Counted from the stretch's first letter, positions 21,528-33,433 are shown. The stretch: 64,000 nucleotides of DNA from Methanomassiliicoccaceae archaeon (GCA_963728405.1 CAVSJV010000005.1:384001-448000); one strand, 5' to 3'. Translations and numbers: made by a program. Notes: generated by a model not told the origin, from the sequence alone.

Positions 21528-22027
21528 GCAAGATGAGCGGCCGGGCCCACACCTTCGGGGACAACCTGAACACCGATTATGTGATCTCTGGCAAATACAA
21601 GTTCAAGACCCTGGACATGAACGAGCTGGCCAAGCATGTCATGGAGGATATCCGGCCGGGGTTCTATGGGGAGATCAAGGCCGGGGACTTTGTCGTCGCC
21701 GGAGAGAACCTGGGCGCCGGCTCGTCCCGCGAACAGGCGCCGCTGGTACTGAAGGCCGCGGGTATCGGAGCGGTAGTGGCGAAATCGTTCGCACGCATCT
21801 TCTACCGCAACTGCATCAATGTCGGCCTGCCAGTGGTGGAGGTCGACACCTCGCAGATCGCCGAGGGCGACGTGCTGGAGGTCGACATCGCTAATGGGGT
21901 CGTAAGGAATGTCACCAAGAACATGACGCTGGAAGCGAAACCCCTCCCCCCGGTAATGATGAAGATCCTGAACGATGGCGGGATGGCCGAGCACATCAAG
22001 AAGCACGGCGGCTTCGCGCTCGAGTGA
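21524..22027 (+). CDS. Homoaconitase / isopropylmalate isomerase small subunit (AksE/LeuD)
   Basis: NTDYVI, GAGSSREQA, SFARIFYRN. Confidence 0.92.
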   Translation: MSKMSGRAHTFGDNLNTDYVISGKYKFKTLDMNELAKHVMEDIRPGFYGEIKAGDFVVAGENLGAGSSREQAPLVLKAAGIGAVVAKSFARIFYRNCINVGLPVVEVDTSQIAEGDVLEVDIANGVVRNVTKNMTLEAKPLPPVMMKILNDGGMAEHIKKHGGFALE

Positions 22028-22052
22028 ACTCCCAAACTCCTTCCTTAATTTT

Positions 22053-23064
22053 TCATTTCAGCTCTTGGCGCATGCCGTCGTTGATCGCCAGCTCGGCGAT
22101 GTCGGTGGAGTACATGATCGTCCTGATGACGCTGTCCAGGACCGAGGTCTTGGTGACCGCTCCCTTGTTCGTCTGGGCCTGTAGCTCGGGGATGAGCATC
22201 TCGGCCTGATGGGCCAGCCCTTCGGCACGATCTATGGTTTCATTGGACGCTGCAATGTCCCTCAGGAAGAAAGATTCAACGGACTTGGTGAGAATGTCCA
22301 GGGCCTCGTTGCTCATCTTTATGATCGCCCCTAGATCTCGTTCGGTAGGCTTCTTCTCCGCCTGAGTGATGGCATGCTTGGCGATCTTCTCGGCGTGGTC
22401 CCCGATGCGCTCCATCATCCTGGCCACCAACATAAGGCTCATCGACTCGTAGATGTCCACGCCGATCCGCTCGGCCAGGCTGCGGTCCTTCTGGATCAGG
22501 TTGTATTGCTTGACGGTCATCCAATAAAGTCGATCGACATCCTGGTCCCGGTCGATGACATCCTGGGCCAGGTCCAGGTCACCGTCATCGAAAGCGATAA
22601 TGGCGTCACGATGCATCGAGTCGACTATCAGGTGCATCCTGCGCACGCACTTCTTCTGGGGTAGTTCGACCGGATCGGAGAGATCGATGCATCACTAAAG
22701 TGTTGGCCGTTTCCTCGATCACTTCCGGACCAATGACCAGGCGGGCGAAGTCTTTTACGGCGTGCTTGGTGTCCAGGTCCATGCGCTCCTTGGAGCGGAC
22801 CTCGATGATATTATAGCCAGCCAGGTATGCGCCGATGAGCTTCCGCGTTAGGTGCTCGGTCGGCTCCCCCCTGTCGACGGTAACTATCTTTCTGATGGGC
22901 TCCCTCTTCTTCCTCTCCTTAGGGTCGATCGTCAGAGAGCCATCGGACATCACTTCCAGATTGACCTGATCGCCGGCCTTCAGGTTGTTAGAGGAGACCC
23001 ACTCCTTGGGCAGGGAGACCGTGATGGTGGACAATCCGGTCTTCTGCACCTTTCTCGTTTCCAT
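22053..23064 (-). CDS. Archaeal phosphate regulator with AbrB-like N-terminus and PhoU domains; one extra base near 22688
   Basis: METRKVQKTG...VSLPKEW AbrB domain, LIGAYLAGY, DQDVDRLYW, ERIGDHA. Confidence 0.9.
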
Positions 23065-23094
23065 GAGCTTCCTGACCATATGTGTCCCTGCAAA

Positions 23095-23182
23095 TATGCT
23101 ATGTATATATAGTATATACAAAACATGTACATATATTCTAGAATATATACAACTATATTCTACTTTACATAGCAATATAGTA
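23095..23182. promoter_or_regulatory. AT-rich divergent pst/phoU control region with phased TATAT repeats and palindromes
   Basis: TGTATATA-N3-TATATACA (23102-23120); perfect 18-bp palindrome ATATATTCTAGAATATAT (23131-23148). Confidence 0.7.
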
Positions 23183-23323
23183 GGCAACCTTGCTCGACGG
23201 AAGTAAGGCTAGGTTGAGACATGAGATGTAACGGCGCCTCGTTCCTGATGAATGCAGATCCGCCCCGAATACTTGCACCTATTGTGGCGAAATGTCCCAT
23301 GCCTGGCTCGGAGAGGCAATTGC

Positions 23324-24331
23324 ATGGATAAGAAAATGATGACAGTTATAGGGGTCGTAGCGGTCGTGATCATGGCGGCCGTTGGAGCGGTCCTGTTATT
23401 GGGTAACAATAACGGCTCGCCCTCCCAGACCTCCGTGAACATCTTGACATTGCAGAAGAACGAGACCTCACCGGCCTATTCCCCGCTGGACAAGGCCGCC
23501 GTGTACAATGGCAGCTACCCGCTGGCTCGTTACTTGTACCTGTACACTGACGGTGTACCAGCAAGCTCTAGCTCGATTTATATGTGGTTGGACTTCGTGC
23601 TCAATGAGGCCGGACAGCAGCTGGTCAACGATGCCGGGTTCTATGAGCTGCAGTCTTCGGACCTCGCTGCCATGAAGGCCCAACTGGCCGGTGGCTCCAA
23701 CACCAGTGTGACCGGCGACTTCAAGGAGTCCGGCTCGACCACCATGGCCGAGATCAGCACCTTATGGGCGTTCAAGTTCAAGGCTGACACCGGAATCAGC
23801 GTTACCCTGTCCACCCCTGGGTCCGGTGCAGGCATCAAGGACTTCTATTCCGGCAAGGTCGACATCGCCCAGGCCTCCCGGGCCATGACCTCCGCGGAGA
23901 AGGACAGTGCCGCCGCTAACGGCATTACGCCGGTAGAGTGGAAGGTCGCCGTCGATGGCATCGCCATCATCACCCACAAGGACAACCCGGTCGGGAGCCT
24001 GACCATGAGCCAGCTGGAGGCCATGTTCAACGGCACCATCACCAACTGGAACGAGGTCGGTGGGAACGACCAGGCGATCAACCTGTTCGGCAGGGACAGC
24101 GCCTCTGGCAGCTATGCCTCCTTCAGCGACCTCGTTCTGGTAAAGAAGGAGAACTACAGCGCTTCCATGCAGCAGTTCAACACCAACGCGCTCATCGTGC
24201 CTGAGGTGGAGAACAACAGGGGTGGCATCGGATACGTCGGTATCGGTTACGCCAAGGAAGCCAGCGGCACATCGAGCAGCGTGGGAATGAGTTCGTTCCT
24301 GGTCTGCTCGGTCAGGCTCCTGGACCAGTAG
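23324..24331 (+). CDS. pstS: Phosphate ABC transporter substrate-binding protein, circularly permuted
   Basis: N-terminal membrane anchor; GSTT, GSGAGI, DIAQASR, AVDGIAII, ITNW, GIGYVG; the YPLARYLY segment precedes GSTT; upstream of pstCAB. Confidence 0.92.
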   Translation: MDKKMMTVIGVVAVVIMAAVGAVLLLGNNNGSPSQTSVNILTLQKNETSPAYSPLDKAAVYNGSYPLARYLYLYTDGVPASSSSIYMWLDFVLNEAGQQLVNDAGFYELQSSDLAAMKAQLAGGSNTSVTGDFKESGSTTMAEISTLWAFKFKADTGISVTLSTPGSGAGIKDFYSGKVDIAQASRAMTSAEKDSAAANGITPVEWKVAVDGIAIITHKDNPVGSLTMSQLEAMFNGTITNWNEVGGNDQAINLFGRDSASGSYASFSDLVLVKKENYSASMQQFNTNALIVPEVENNRGGIGYVGIGYAKEASGTSSSVGMSSFLVCSVRLLDQ

Positions 24332-24435
24332 GTTCCTGAAAGCCCTTCACCGGCCGCAAGGTCGAGAAATCTTTTCCAACTTCCTTTCAAGTCTGGGGGG
24401 TCTCGAACCGTAAGGTCCGGGACAATGGTGATTTG

Positions 24436-25347
24436 ATGTCAGCAATCAAGCTCAAGAAACCTCGCAGAGGTCTACGTGGCATATTTGAGGCCGGGATCAG
24501 CAGCGTCCTTTTCGCCTGTGCCCTGGTCTCGATGATCACCTTGGCGTTGGTGTTCTATTTCCTATTGAACAATTCGATCCCGTTCTTCGCGAATAACGAT
24601 ATCATAGCGTTCTTGACCGGGACCGTTTGGCGTCCGTTCTCCGAGTTTCCGTCCTACGGGATATTGCCCCTCTTGGTCGGGACCTTCATGATCTCGATGG
24701 TGGCAGCGCTGATCGCGATACCCATCGGACTCGGTTGCACCATCTATCTATCGGAGATCGCAAGCCCTGATGTCAAGAAGATCCTAAAACCGGTTATCGA
24801 GATATTGGCCGGGGTTCCATCGGTCATCTATGGGCTCTTCGCAGCCCTGGTCCTGTCCGAATGGGTCATGGATATCTTCAATCCGCCAACGCGGTTGAAC
24901 GCCCTCAACGGGGCCATCATACTGTCCGTGATGATGATCCCCATACTGGTCTCCATCGCCGAGGAGGCGATGAACTCTGTCCCGGGCAGCTTAAAGGAGG
25001 CCTCCTTCGCCTTGGGAGCCACACGGTGGGAGACCATACGGCGGACGGTCATTCCCGCGGCTTTGCCCGGGATCATCGCCGCCATCGTCCTGTCCATCGG
25101 CCGGGCGGTCGGAGAGACCATGGCAGTTATCATGGCCACTGGTAACTCGTCCCAGTTCACCTTCAATATCCTTTATTCCATGCGGCCGTTGACCGCCGCT
25201 CTGGCCATCGATGTTCCCGAGGCCACGGTGAACTCGATGCCCTACTATTCGCTCTTCGCGGTCGGCCTGGTCCTGTTCGTGATCACTTTCGGCCTGAACC
25301 TGATCGCCGATCATGTCCTGGGCAAGTATAAGGAGGCCTACCAGTGA
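24436..25347 (+). CDS. pstC: Phosphate ABC transporter permease
   Basis: LAGVPSVIYG, EASFALGATRWET, RAVGETMAV. Confidence 0.96.
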   Translation: MSAIKLKKPRRGLRGIFEAGISSVLFACALVSMITLALVFYFLLNNSIPFFANNDIIAFLTGTVWRPFSEFPSYGILPLLVGTFMISMVAALIAIPIGLGCTIYLSEIASPDVKKILKPVIEILAGVPSVIYGLFAALVLSEWVMDIFNPPTRLNALNGAIILSVMMIPILVSIAEEAMNSVPGSLKEASFALGATRWETIRRTVIPAALPGIIAAIVLSIGRAVGETMAVIMATGNSSQFTFNILYSMRPLTAALAIDVPEATVNSMPYYSLFAVGLVLFVITFGLNLIADHVLGKYKEAYQ

Positions 25348-26201
25348 ACCGCAGGAACAAGGAGGCATTGTTCTTCAACCTGTTCCGAGTCTGTGCGGGC
25401 ATTGTGGTCCTCACCTTGGTGATCATCCTGGGGTACGTGGTGGTCAACGGGGTAGGGAAATTGAGCATCGACCTCTTCACTCAGGACCCCGCCCCCAACA
25501 GCCATGGGGCGCTGGTCGCCGGAGGTCTTCTCAGCCCCATAGTCGGAACGATCCTCCTCATGGCACTTGTCCTCCTCATCGCCATACCGATAGGGGTGTT
25601 CGGAGCGGTGTTCCTGGTGGAATATTGGGGCAACAACCGCATTTCCAGGATCTGGTGGATGGTCGTGAACAACCTGGCCGGGGTTCCTTCGATCGTCTGG
25701 GGGCTGGTCGGCGTCGGGTTATTGGTATACTATCTTAACTTCGGGCTGAGCCTGATAGCTGCTGGTATTACCCTAAGCCTGTTAGCGCTCCCTCTGATCA
25801 TGGTGGCGACCCGGGAGGCCATGATGGCCGTGCCTCCATCCATCTATGAGGCATCGATCGCCCTGGGAGCGACCAAGTGGCAGACCATCCGAAGCCACAT
25901 CCTTCCCTACTCCACATCAGGCATCCTGACCGGGGCGATCCTATCGTTGTCCCGTGCTGCCGGAGAGACCGCGCCCATCTTGCTGACGGGGGTGGCCGTG
26001 AACGCTGCTATCCCGAACTCGCTGTTCGACTCTATCCAGGCGCTCCCGTATTACATCTATCTGATGACCCAGACCTCTGACCGAGCGGCGGCCATACCCA
26101 TGGCCTACGCCGCGGCGCTGGTGCTGATCGGCCTGATCGTGATCATGAACCTGGGGGCCGTCATGCTCCGCAACCGCTACAGACAGAAATACAGGTGGTA
26201 G
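25344..26201 (+). CDS. pstA: Phosphate ABC transporter permease
   Basis: [28 protein letters not shown]. Confidence 0.96.
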   Translation: MNRRNKEALFFNLFRVCAGIVVLTLVIILGYVVVNGVGKLSIDLFTQDPAPNSHGALVAGGLLSPIVGTILLMALVLLIAIPIGVFGAVFLVEYWGNNRISRIWWMVVNNLAGVPSIVWGLVGVGLLVYYLNFGLSLIAAGITLSLLALPLIMVATREAMMAVPPSIYEASIALGATKWQTIRSHILPYSTSGILTGAILSLSRAAGETAPILLTGVAVNAAIPNSLFDSIQALPYYIYLMTQTSDRAAAIPMAYAAALVLIGLIVIMNLGAVMLRNRYRQKYRW

Positions 26202-26203
26202 AA

Positions 26204-26956
26204 ATGTCAAATATCAAGATCAATAAGCTTAACGTATACTTCGACAAGAACCACGTCCTTAAGGACGTGAGCATGGAGATCGACCAGAACGGGATCACCG
26301 CCATTATCGGCCCCTCCGGCTGCGGTAAATCGACGTTCATCCGGTGCATCAACCGCATGAACGATCTGATACCGGCGGCCCGGGTCGAAGGCGAGGTAAT
26401 GTTCGACGGCCTCAACATCTACGACCCGTCGGTCGATGTGGTGGACCTGCGCAAGAGGATCGGGATGGTATTCCAGAAACCGAACCCATTTCCTAAGTCC
26501 ATCTATGAGAACATTGCCTACGCTCCCCGCATCCATGGGACCAAGAAGAAAGAAGATCTGAACCAGATCGTCGAATGGTCCCTGAAGCGAGCGGCCCTTT
26601 GGAACGAGGTCAAGGACCGCCTGAACAAGAGCGCCTACACTTTATCGGGAGGGCAGCAGCAGCGCCTGTGCATCGCCCGGGCCCTGGCCATCAAGCCGGA
26701 GGTCATCCTGTTCGATGAGCCCTGTTCAGCGCTCGACCCTATCGCCACGGCCAAGATCGAGGACCTACTGATCGATCTGAAGAATGACTATACGGTGGTG
26801 ATCGTCACGCACAACATGCAACAGGCCGCGCGGGTCGCGGACAAGACCGCCTACTTCTACCTGGGCGACCTGATCGAGTATGGGGTGACAAAGAAGATAT
26901 TCGAGAAGCCGGAGAAGGAGCTGACCGAACAGTATATCACAGGGAGGATGGGCTGA
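26204..26956 (+). CDS. pstB: Phosphate ABC transporter ATPase
   Basis: [42 protein letters not shown]. Confidence 0.97.
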   Translation: MSNIKINKLNVYFDKNHVLKDVSMEIDQNGITAIIGPSGCGKSTFIRCINRMNDLIPAARVEGEVMFDGLNIYDPSVDVVDLRKRIGMVFQKPNPFPKSIYENIAYAPRIHGTKKKEDLNQIVEWSLKRAALWNEVKDRLNKSAYTLSGGQQQRLCIARALAIKPEVILFDEPCSALDPIATAKIEDLLIDLKNDYTVVIVTHNMQQAARVADKTAYFYLGDLIEYGVTKKIFEKPEKELTEQYITGRMG

Positions 26957-27726
26957 TGCCGTCGAGGACAGTTTTTACCGAAGAGATGAACCTACTGAAC
27001 CGGGAGACGGTCCGTATGGGCGACCTGGCCAGGGCCATGATCAAGAAAGGGGTCGAGGCTTTTCTGGAGGGGAACATAGAGCTGAAGGCCGAGGTCGCTC
27101 GGCTCGACAAGGAGATCTATCTCTCCGAACAGGCCATCGAAAAGCATTGTGTGGACATCATCGCCCTCCATCAGCCGGTGGCGGGGGACCTGAGGACCGT
27201 AACGACCTGCCTGAAGATCATAACCGACCTGAACCGCATCGGCCGCTATGGCAGGGACATCGCAGAGCTGGCCGACCATGTTGACCAAGGCAAACGGATC
27301 AAGAAGCTGGTGGCCGTCCCGCTCATGTCGGAGCTATCCATCGCCATGGTCAATGATGCCATCGACTCTTTTGTAGAGAAGGACGACGGGAAGGCCCGAA
27401 GGATCTTCCAGAGGGACGACGAGGTCGATGGCCTGTGGGATTCCATCTTCCGAGAGAGCCTGACCCACATGATGGAAGACCCTCGCAACATCAGCGCCGG
27501 AACCCACTATATTCTGGTCGCCCGTTATCTAGAAACGGATCGCCGACCACGCCTGCAACATCGCCGACCGCGTGGTGTTCATGGCGACAGGGAAGCGGGT
27601 CGATCCGTACGAGCGGAAGTGGCGGAAGGCCGAGGAGCCAGAGGGTGACGACCCCCAGGGTGGCTACACCAGCACCGATGGCCACTACTCCACCCACCTT
27701 TCAGAGAAGTGACGCTCAAGCAATAA
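26956..27726 (+). CDS. phoU: Phosphate transport regulator PhoU; one extra base near 27535
   Basis: QPVAGDLR, DLNRIGRY, DDEVD; after correction YLERIADHACNIA continues to TAA at 27726. Confidence 0.9.
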
Positions 27727-27772
27727 GGCCCGGGCCACCCCCAGCGGTCCGGGCCGGTGCCCTTTTTTTCTT
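27727..27772 (+). terminator. GC-rich hairpin plus T-tract after the pst operon
   Basis: GGCCCGGGCC...GGTCCGGGCC followed by TTTTTTT. Confidence 0.65.
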
Positions 27773-27810
27773 GCAAAGGTCCCGAACGATCGGCCTCGTT
27801 GTGATCGAGG

Positions 27811-28779
27811 TCATCCCGAGGTCCATGTTCCTTCCACAATGGTCCCCCCGATGGTGTTGTTCAACCTGGCATCAAAGCTGTTGGTGGCGGGATGATTGTT
27901 CGAGAGGAACGACTTGGCAGTGCCACCGAAGCCACTGATCGGAACGAGCTCGACCCCGCCGATCCCGCCGTTAACCACCACATTGGCCGAGACATCCCCG
28001 GCCAGGATGAATGCGACCCGATTCTCTCCAGCAGTGTCCTTGGAGATCAAGGTGATGTTCGAGCCCATAGGTATGGTCTGATCGAACTGGGCGTCGATCC
28101 GGCCGGACGATTCTCCGAGACTGATGGTACGGTCCCCCTGGACCGTGACGTTGTTCCACCTCAGCATGGTCCCGCCGGTGGCCGTTCTTATCTTCATGTC
28201 CCCGGCCAACACCGTCCCGTTGTTCAGTGAGACGATGGCCCCGTCATTGGTGGCGCTGAGGCGCAATCCATCCAATACGACCCCTGGAGTTGTGGTCAGG
28301 ACCACTCCGCCGGTCCCTACACTGAGATTTAGGTCGGCACGGAGGTCCTTATTGATCTCTACCGTGAAGAACCGGTCGCTCAGGGAATAATGGGGCCAGG
28401 GTGCGTAGGTATCGAAGTGCACCGTAGCGTTGAGGTCCCTCCCTCCGCTCGCGGTGTTGTTCTCCGCCGTGATGTCCAACCTCAGTGGGCTGGCCTCTCC
28501 GAAGAACCCGGCATGCCCTCTCACCTCGGCGACGATCCTGACCGCATCATCGACCATCTCGACGAACACGACCTTTAGGTGGCCGACCGTGGCGGTGACG
28601 TTCAGCCCGATGCTATCTGCGCCCTCGGCCAGAGAGATGGTCTGCTCCTCCCGGACCTCCACCGTTCGGTACTGCAGGAACAGGAATGGTATGGCCAGGA
28701 GCGCTAACACTACGATAATGATCACGCCGATGGCCATGGCCGACAGCGCGGCATCCTTCCCTCCGAGCCCTTGCCTCAT
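27811..28779 (-). CDS. Membrane-anchored beta-rich hypothetical protein (DUF4097/adhesin-like)
   Basis: Single N-terminal TM helix, then repeated strand-GG-strand units (SVGTGGV, TATGGT, GGIGGV, NTIGGT). Confidence 0.6.
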   Translation of the reverse strand: MRQGLGGKDAALSAMAIGVIIIVVLALLAIPFLFLQYRTVEVREEQTISLAEGADSIGLNVTATVGHLKVVFVEMVDDAVRIVAEVRGHAGFFGEASPLRLDITAENNTASGGRDLNATVHFDTYAPWPHYSLSDRFFTVEINKDLRADLNLSVGTGGVVLTTTPGVVLDGLRLSATNDGAIVSLNNGTVLAGDMKIRTATGGTMLRWNNVTVQGDRTISLGESSGRIDAQFDQTIPMGSNITLISKDTAGENRVAFILAGDVSANVVVNGGIGGVELVPISGFGGTAKSFLSNNHPATNSFDARLNNTIGGTIVEGTWTSG

Positions 28780-28822
28780 GTGTATGCTCCGGTCAAATAC
28801 CCACACCCTTAATAATAATGGC

Positions 28823-31800
28823 CTAGGGGCCAGCGGCCCTGATGCGGAAGTTGCCCCTGGGCACAGATATCTCAAACCGCGCCCCCTCCCCTCCCTTGCC
28901 CATTTCCCGGATGTTCATCCCAGTAATGCCCAGTATCTCTCTGGCCATGTAGAGGCCGTGATGGCCGGCGGTCATCTCGAAGATGGAGGTCTTCTTTTCC
29001 ACAGGTATGCCCACACCATCGTCCTCATAGGTGATCACCAGCCCCTCGTCACTCTCGGCGTAGGATATCTTGATGTTCTTTATGGTGCCCCCATGTCTTA
29101 TCGAATCGTCCACCAGGTTGTGGAAGACCTTCTCCAGCATGCGGTCGGCCAGGACCTCCAGCCTGGCCACCTCGGTGGTCAAAGCGATCGGTCCGAGATT
29201 GAGGGTCGAGACGCCCTTGCCCACAGCGCCCTTTATGCTGATCCATGACGGACGGGCCGTCCCCACCTCCTGGTAGTCGCGGGCGAAGGACAGGTGCTTC
29301 TCGATGTTCTCGCTGGAGCGCAAGGCTTTGTCCAGGAATGAATGGACCTTTTCATCGGTGACCTTCATCCGGACTATCTCCAGATATCCGGTCAGCGAAG
29401 TGAGCTGGTTCATCAGGTCATGGCGCGTTATCCGTCCGATCAGGCCGAGCTTCCGATTGGCCTGCTCCAACGCAGCCTCCCGGCTGCGAAGTTCGTCCAG
29501 CATGCGAGCGTTCTCCAGTGCCACGGACGCCCCGGCCGCCAGGCTGCTGAGTGCCTCCAGATCACCACCATCGAAACCGTCTCCGGGCTTGTCCTGCATC
29601 CAGAAGCAGCCGACGAGATCGCCCTTCCGGTCCACCACCGGGGCGATGGCCAGGTTGAAGAAGCCGATATCCCGTCGGGCGCTGGGGATGACATATGGGT
29701 CGGTCTCCGGATGGTTCGACAGGTACGCCCGCTGGGTGTCCATGACGTGGCCAGTGATTCCTTCACCCCTCCCAAAGGAGAGATTCAAGGGTTCGATCAT
29801 CCCTCGGCGGTTGATCTTCGTATAGACCATCCGACCTTCGATCATCTTGCCGGCCATTCCCGAGGCGGCCCCTACAACGTCCATTGCCGATGTGACCAAG
29901 GTGTCCATGATCGTTTCCAGGTCCAGAACGGCGTTCAGCCTTTGGGTGGCCAAGGTCAGCCGCTCCAGCTGATTCCCCCGTCTGGCCAGGGCCAGCTCGG
30001 AGCGGGCCCTACGGGCCTGCTGCCGGATGGTGGACAGGCCGTATGACAGGTCCATGGCCAGCTCAGATAGCAGGACGACCTCGTCCCTATCTTCGAACGC
30101 TCCGGAAACACCTGAATAGATGGCCAGTACGCCGATGGGCCGCCCCCGGTAGGACAAGGGAAGGCCGATGCCCGATCGAAGGCCGAACTCCTTGGCCCGG
30201 TCCTTCCAGGCCAAGAACCTCCCGTCGGCCCATAGGTCTGACACCATGCTGACATTCCCCGTCCTCATGGCCGTCCCTGCTGGGCCTCGGCCGTGCTCAC
30301 CTTCCCCATAGGAAATGGAAAGGCTTCTCATGAACCCCTGGGCCTCCCCCGCTTTGGCTACCGGGTGGACGGTCCTCCGGCCCCCTTTGCCGGCCAGGCC
30401 GACCCAGGCCAGTTTATAGTCGCCGAAGGTGGTGATCATGCGGCAGATCTCGCTTAGGAGGTCCTTCTCGTTCTTCACCCGGACCAGAGCTTGGTTGCAC
30501 TCGGTCAACATCCTTAGCGATCGGTTCGCCTTAGCCAGACGGGCTTCGTTGGCCTTGCGTTCAGTGATGTCCTGGGTCAGGGTCATCCCGGCAAAGGCAT
30601 GGCCGTTCTCGTCAACGACCGGAATATTCAGGGTCAGGAAGGTGAGCCCATTGAAGAGCGCCTCATCGACCGATGGAAATCCTTCCAACGCCTTTCTGTA
30701 GATGCGCTTGAGCTCCCTGGCCGTGTCAGGAGGGAACACATCATCTACGGTCTTCCCCTCCATGGTCTCTCGGCTCAGGCCGGACGAGGCCAATCCCAGT
30801 CCACCGACCCGGATGTACCGCAGGCCATGGTCGTAAACGGCCAGCATGCCGTTCGGATAGTTTCTGAGCTAACGTGTCGAAGATGCCCTCTTCCTGGCTC
30901 AACCTTTCCTGGATCTTCTTCTGCTCGTCGATGTTCTCTATGGTGGCGATGAGATATCTGGAACCGCCATTGGTCGATCTCAAAGGTGCGACGGTAGTCC
31001 GGCCCCATACCGGCGAGCCGTCCCGCCGGACGTAGCGTTTCTCCGTCTGGTATGATCCCAACTCTCCTTTGCCCATTCTGAGAAGGGGTTCGCTATCCTT
31101 ATCCCGGTCCTCGGCAAAGGTGATGTCCTCTACGCGCTTCGACCTTATTTCTTCCAGGCTGTGGTCGAGCATGTTCAGGAATGCCTGGTTCGCTTCCTTT
31201 ATCAAGTGGTCCTTCCCCGCCACCACGATGCCCATGGTAGTACTCTGGTATATCGCGTTGAGAAGTGCTTCCCTCTCGGCCAGGGCCTGCTCGGCCTTCG
31301 TTGCCGTGGTGATGTCATGGAAGCTCCATACTCGGCCGACGATACGGCCCTCGATGGTTTGGGGGTTGGAGGTGCGACGATAGGTCCGGCCATTCCTTAA
31401 CCTGATGATATCCTCGGCAGACCTCTCTGGGCAGGAATAGAGTTCCTCGACCCGGTCCAAGAACGCCCGTGGCTCATCGACCTGTTCAAGGACCCGCTTT
31501 AGTAGATGCCGGTCATCCCCTCCCTCGAAAACCTCTGAGCCAAGATTCCACAGGTCCACGAACCTTTGGTTGTATGCTTGGATCTGGCTCTTCATGTCGA
31601 CCACCAGTATAGCGTCAGCGGTCGAGTCCAAGGTGGCTCGCAACAAGGACACGGATCTCTCGCTCTCCACTTCGGCCAGATGTTTAGCGGTAATGTCGAC
31701 CCCGGTGCATTGGATCTCTTTCGGACGGCCAACCTCATCGTCCACCCTCTTGTTGGTCCAGGCCACCCACGCCTTAGAACCATCTTTCCTCATGCTCTGG

Positions 31801-32865
31801 TTTATAATGGTGGCAGGGGCCTCAATATGTTCCATAATATCTCTGACCCCCACAGTTCATACCTAGGCTGGTCTCGTCCCGTAATGGGACAATCGTCCCT
31901 ACCACGTTCTTACCTATGAGCTCCTCGGCGGTGTAACCGAAGAAGTTCCTAGCGAACTCATTTATGTATCTGATCCTTCCGGACAGGTCCATGCGGAGCA
32001 CGATCGAGTTGGAACCCTCCACTAGTTCCCGGTATTTCCGTTCGCTTTCCTCTAACCTCTCTTGGGTCTCCTTGCGGGAGGTGACGTCTCGGCTGATGAT
32101 GACCGAACCGGTGCATTTGCCCTCCGCATCATATAGGCCATTGCCCGATGTTTCTAACCAGACGTAATGTCCTTGAGCGTGAAGGAACCGGACCTCGGCT
32201 TTTATCGTCGAATTCCCTAGGGCCGTCCCCATTAGTCCGTCGTATACGGATGGCATGTCATCGGGGTGTATCAGGCGGGTGGCCGTCCTCCCCATTAGGT
32301 CTTCCGGCCGGTATCCGAGTATGTTATAGACGGAGGGGCTCAGGTACTGAACTACGCCCTCCGCCCCTAACTGGACCACGACGTCCCGCATGTTGTCGGT
32401 GATCATCCGGAGCTTCTTGTCCCGGTCGTGCAGGGCCATTTCGGCCCGTCGGCGCTGGGCCAATTGTAGGACCACATGCCTCAGTTCCCCGAATTGAGAA
32501 CGGGGGTCCCCGCCTTTCTGGAGGTAGAAGTTCGCACCGCTGTTCAGGGCCTCCATGGCCACCTCTTCGCGGCCCCTGCCGGTGAAGAGAACGAACGGGA
32601 CATCGCCCCATCTCTGGCGAATCGATCTTAGAAGCGCCAAACCATCCATCACTGGCATCTGGAAGTCGGAGACGATGACCTCGTAGGATCGTTCCGTCAG
32701 CTTCTCGAGCCCTTCCTTGGCCGAGGTAGCTACGTCCACGATGATGTCCTTCTCCAACTCCAGGAACGCCTTGGCCACGTCCAGAAGCATGGGCTCATCA
32801 TCAATGTATAGAATAGTGGCGGGGCAGCACTCGGCCACGCCTTTCTCTCGGTTCAAGAAAGGCAT
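28823..32865 (-). CDS. Giant hybrid sensor: REC + multiple PAS + 2 GAF + histidine kinase; extra bases near 30866 and 31855
   Basis: REC (YIDDE, SDFQMP, FYLQKG), several PAS/PAC repeats, GAF (GRGPAG), RHDLMNQL H-box, HNLVDDSIRHG, DDGVGI; three ORFs join by single-base corrections. Confidence 0.88.
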
Positions 32866-32971
32866 GGTGCTATCCTCCGGCCGACCTGCCACTCCTTTAT
32901 GGGCGACCAATCGATTCCCACCCTCGGTTAATCGGATTTGGAGTAGATAATGGTCTCCGACCAAGATGGGG

Positions 32972-33433
32972 TCAGTATCCAGAGATCTTGCCTGAAAGGG
33001 AGTGGATCTCCACTTTGATGATCACTAGGCCATCGACCTGCTCGAGTACATAGGCCCGAGACCCCGGACCATACACCTGTTCCATCAGAAGGTCCAGGGC
33101 CGCGAGCTTCTCCTCAGGGGCATCCAGGATCGAAGCTCTTCCGGTGCCGATGACGCTCCGATATCTGGTCGCCTTGCGGCAGACCTTGTCCGCCCCGGCC
33201 GGCTGGAAGCCGTCGTAGATCGAAAAACAGACCCGGGCGGTGCGGCGGAGCACATCGACCTTGCGGCCCTCTTTGGCCGAATGGAAGTAGAGGCAATTGC
33301 CATCGTAGGCATAGGTCATCGGCACGACGTATGGGAGGCCGTCATCGACCATGGCTAGGTGGCAGACGGTATTCGACCTCAGTATGGTGTCGATCACAGT
33401 TCGGTCGGTGATCTCCCGGTCCGTTCTCCTCAT
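32972..33433 (-). CDS. Pyridoxamine 5'-phosphate oxidase-like flavin-binding protein (NimA-like)
   Basis: MRRTDREI, PYVVPM, LYFHSAKEGRK, YRSVIGTG. Confidence 0.9.
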   Translation of the reverse strand: MRRTDREITDRTVIDTILRSNTVCHLAMVDDGLPYVVPMTYAYDGNCLYFHSAKEGRKVDVLRRTARVCFSIYDGFQPAGADKVCRKATRYRSVIGTGRASILDAPEEKLAALDLLMEQVYGPGSRAYVLEQVDGLVIIKVEIHSLSGKISGY

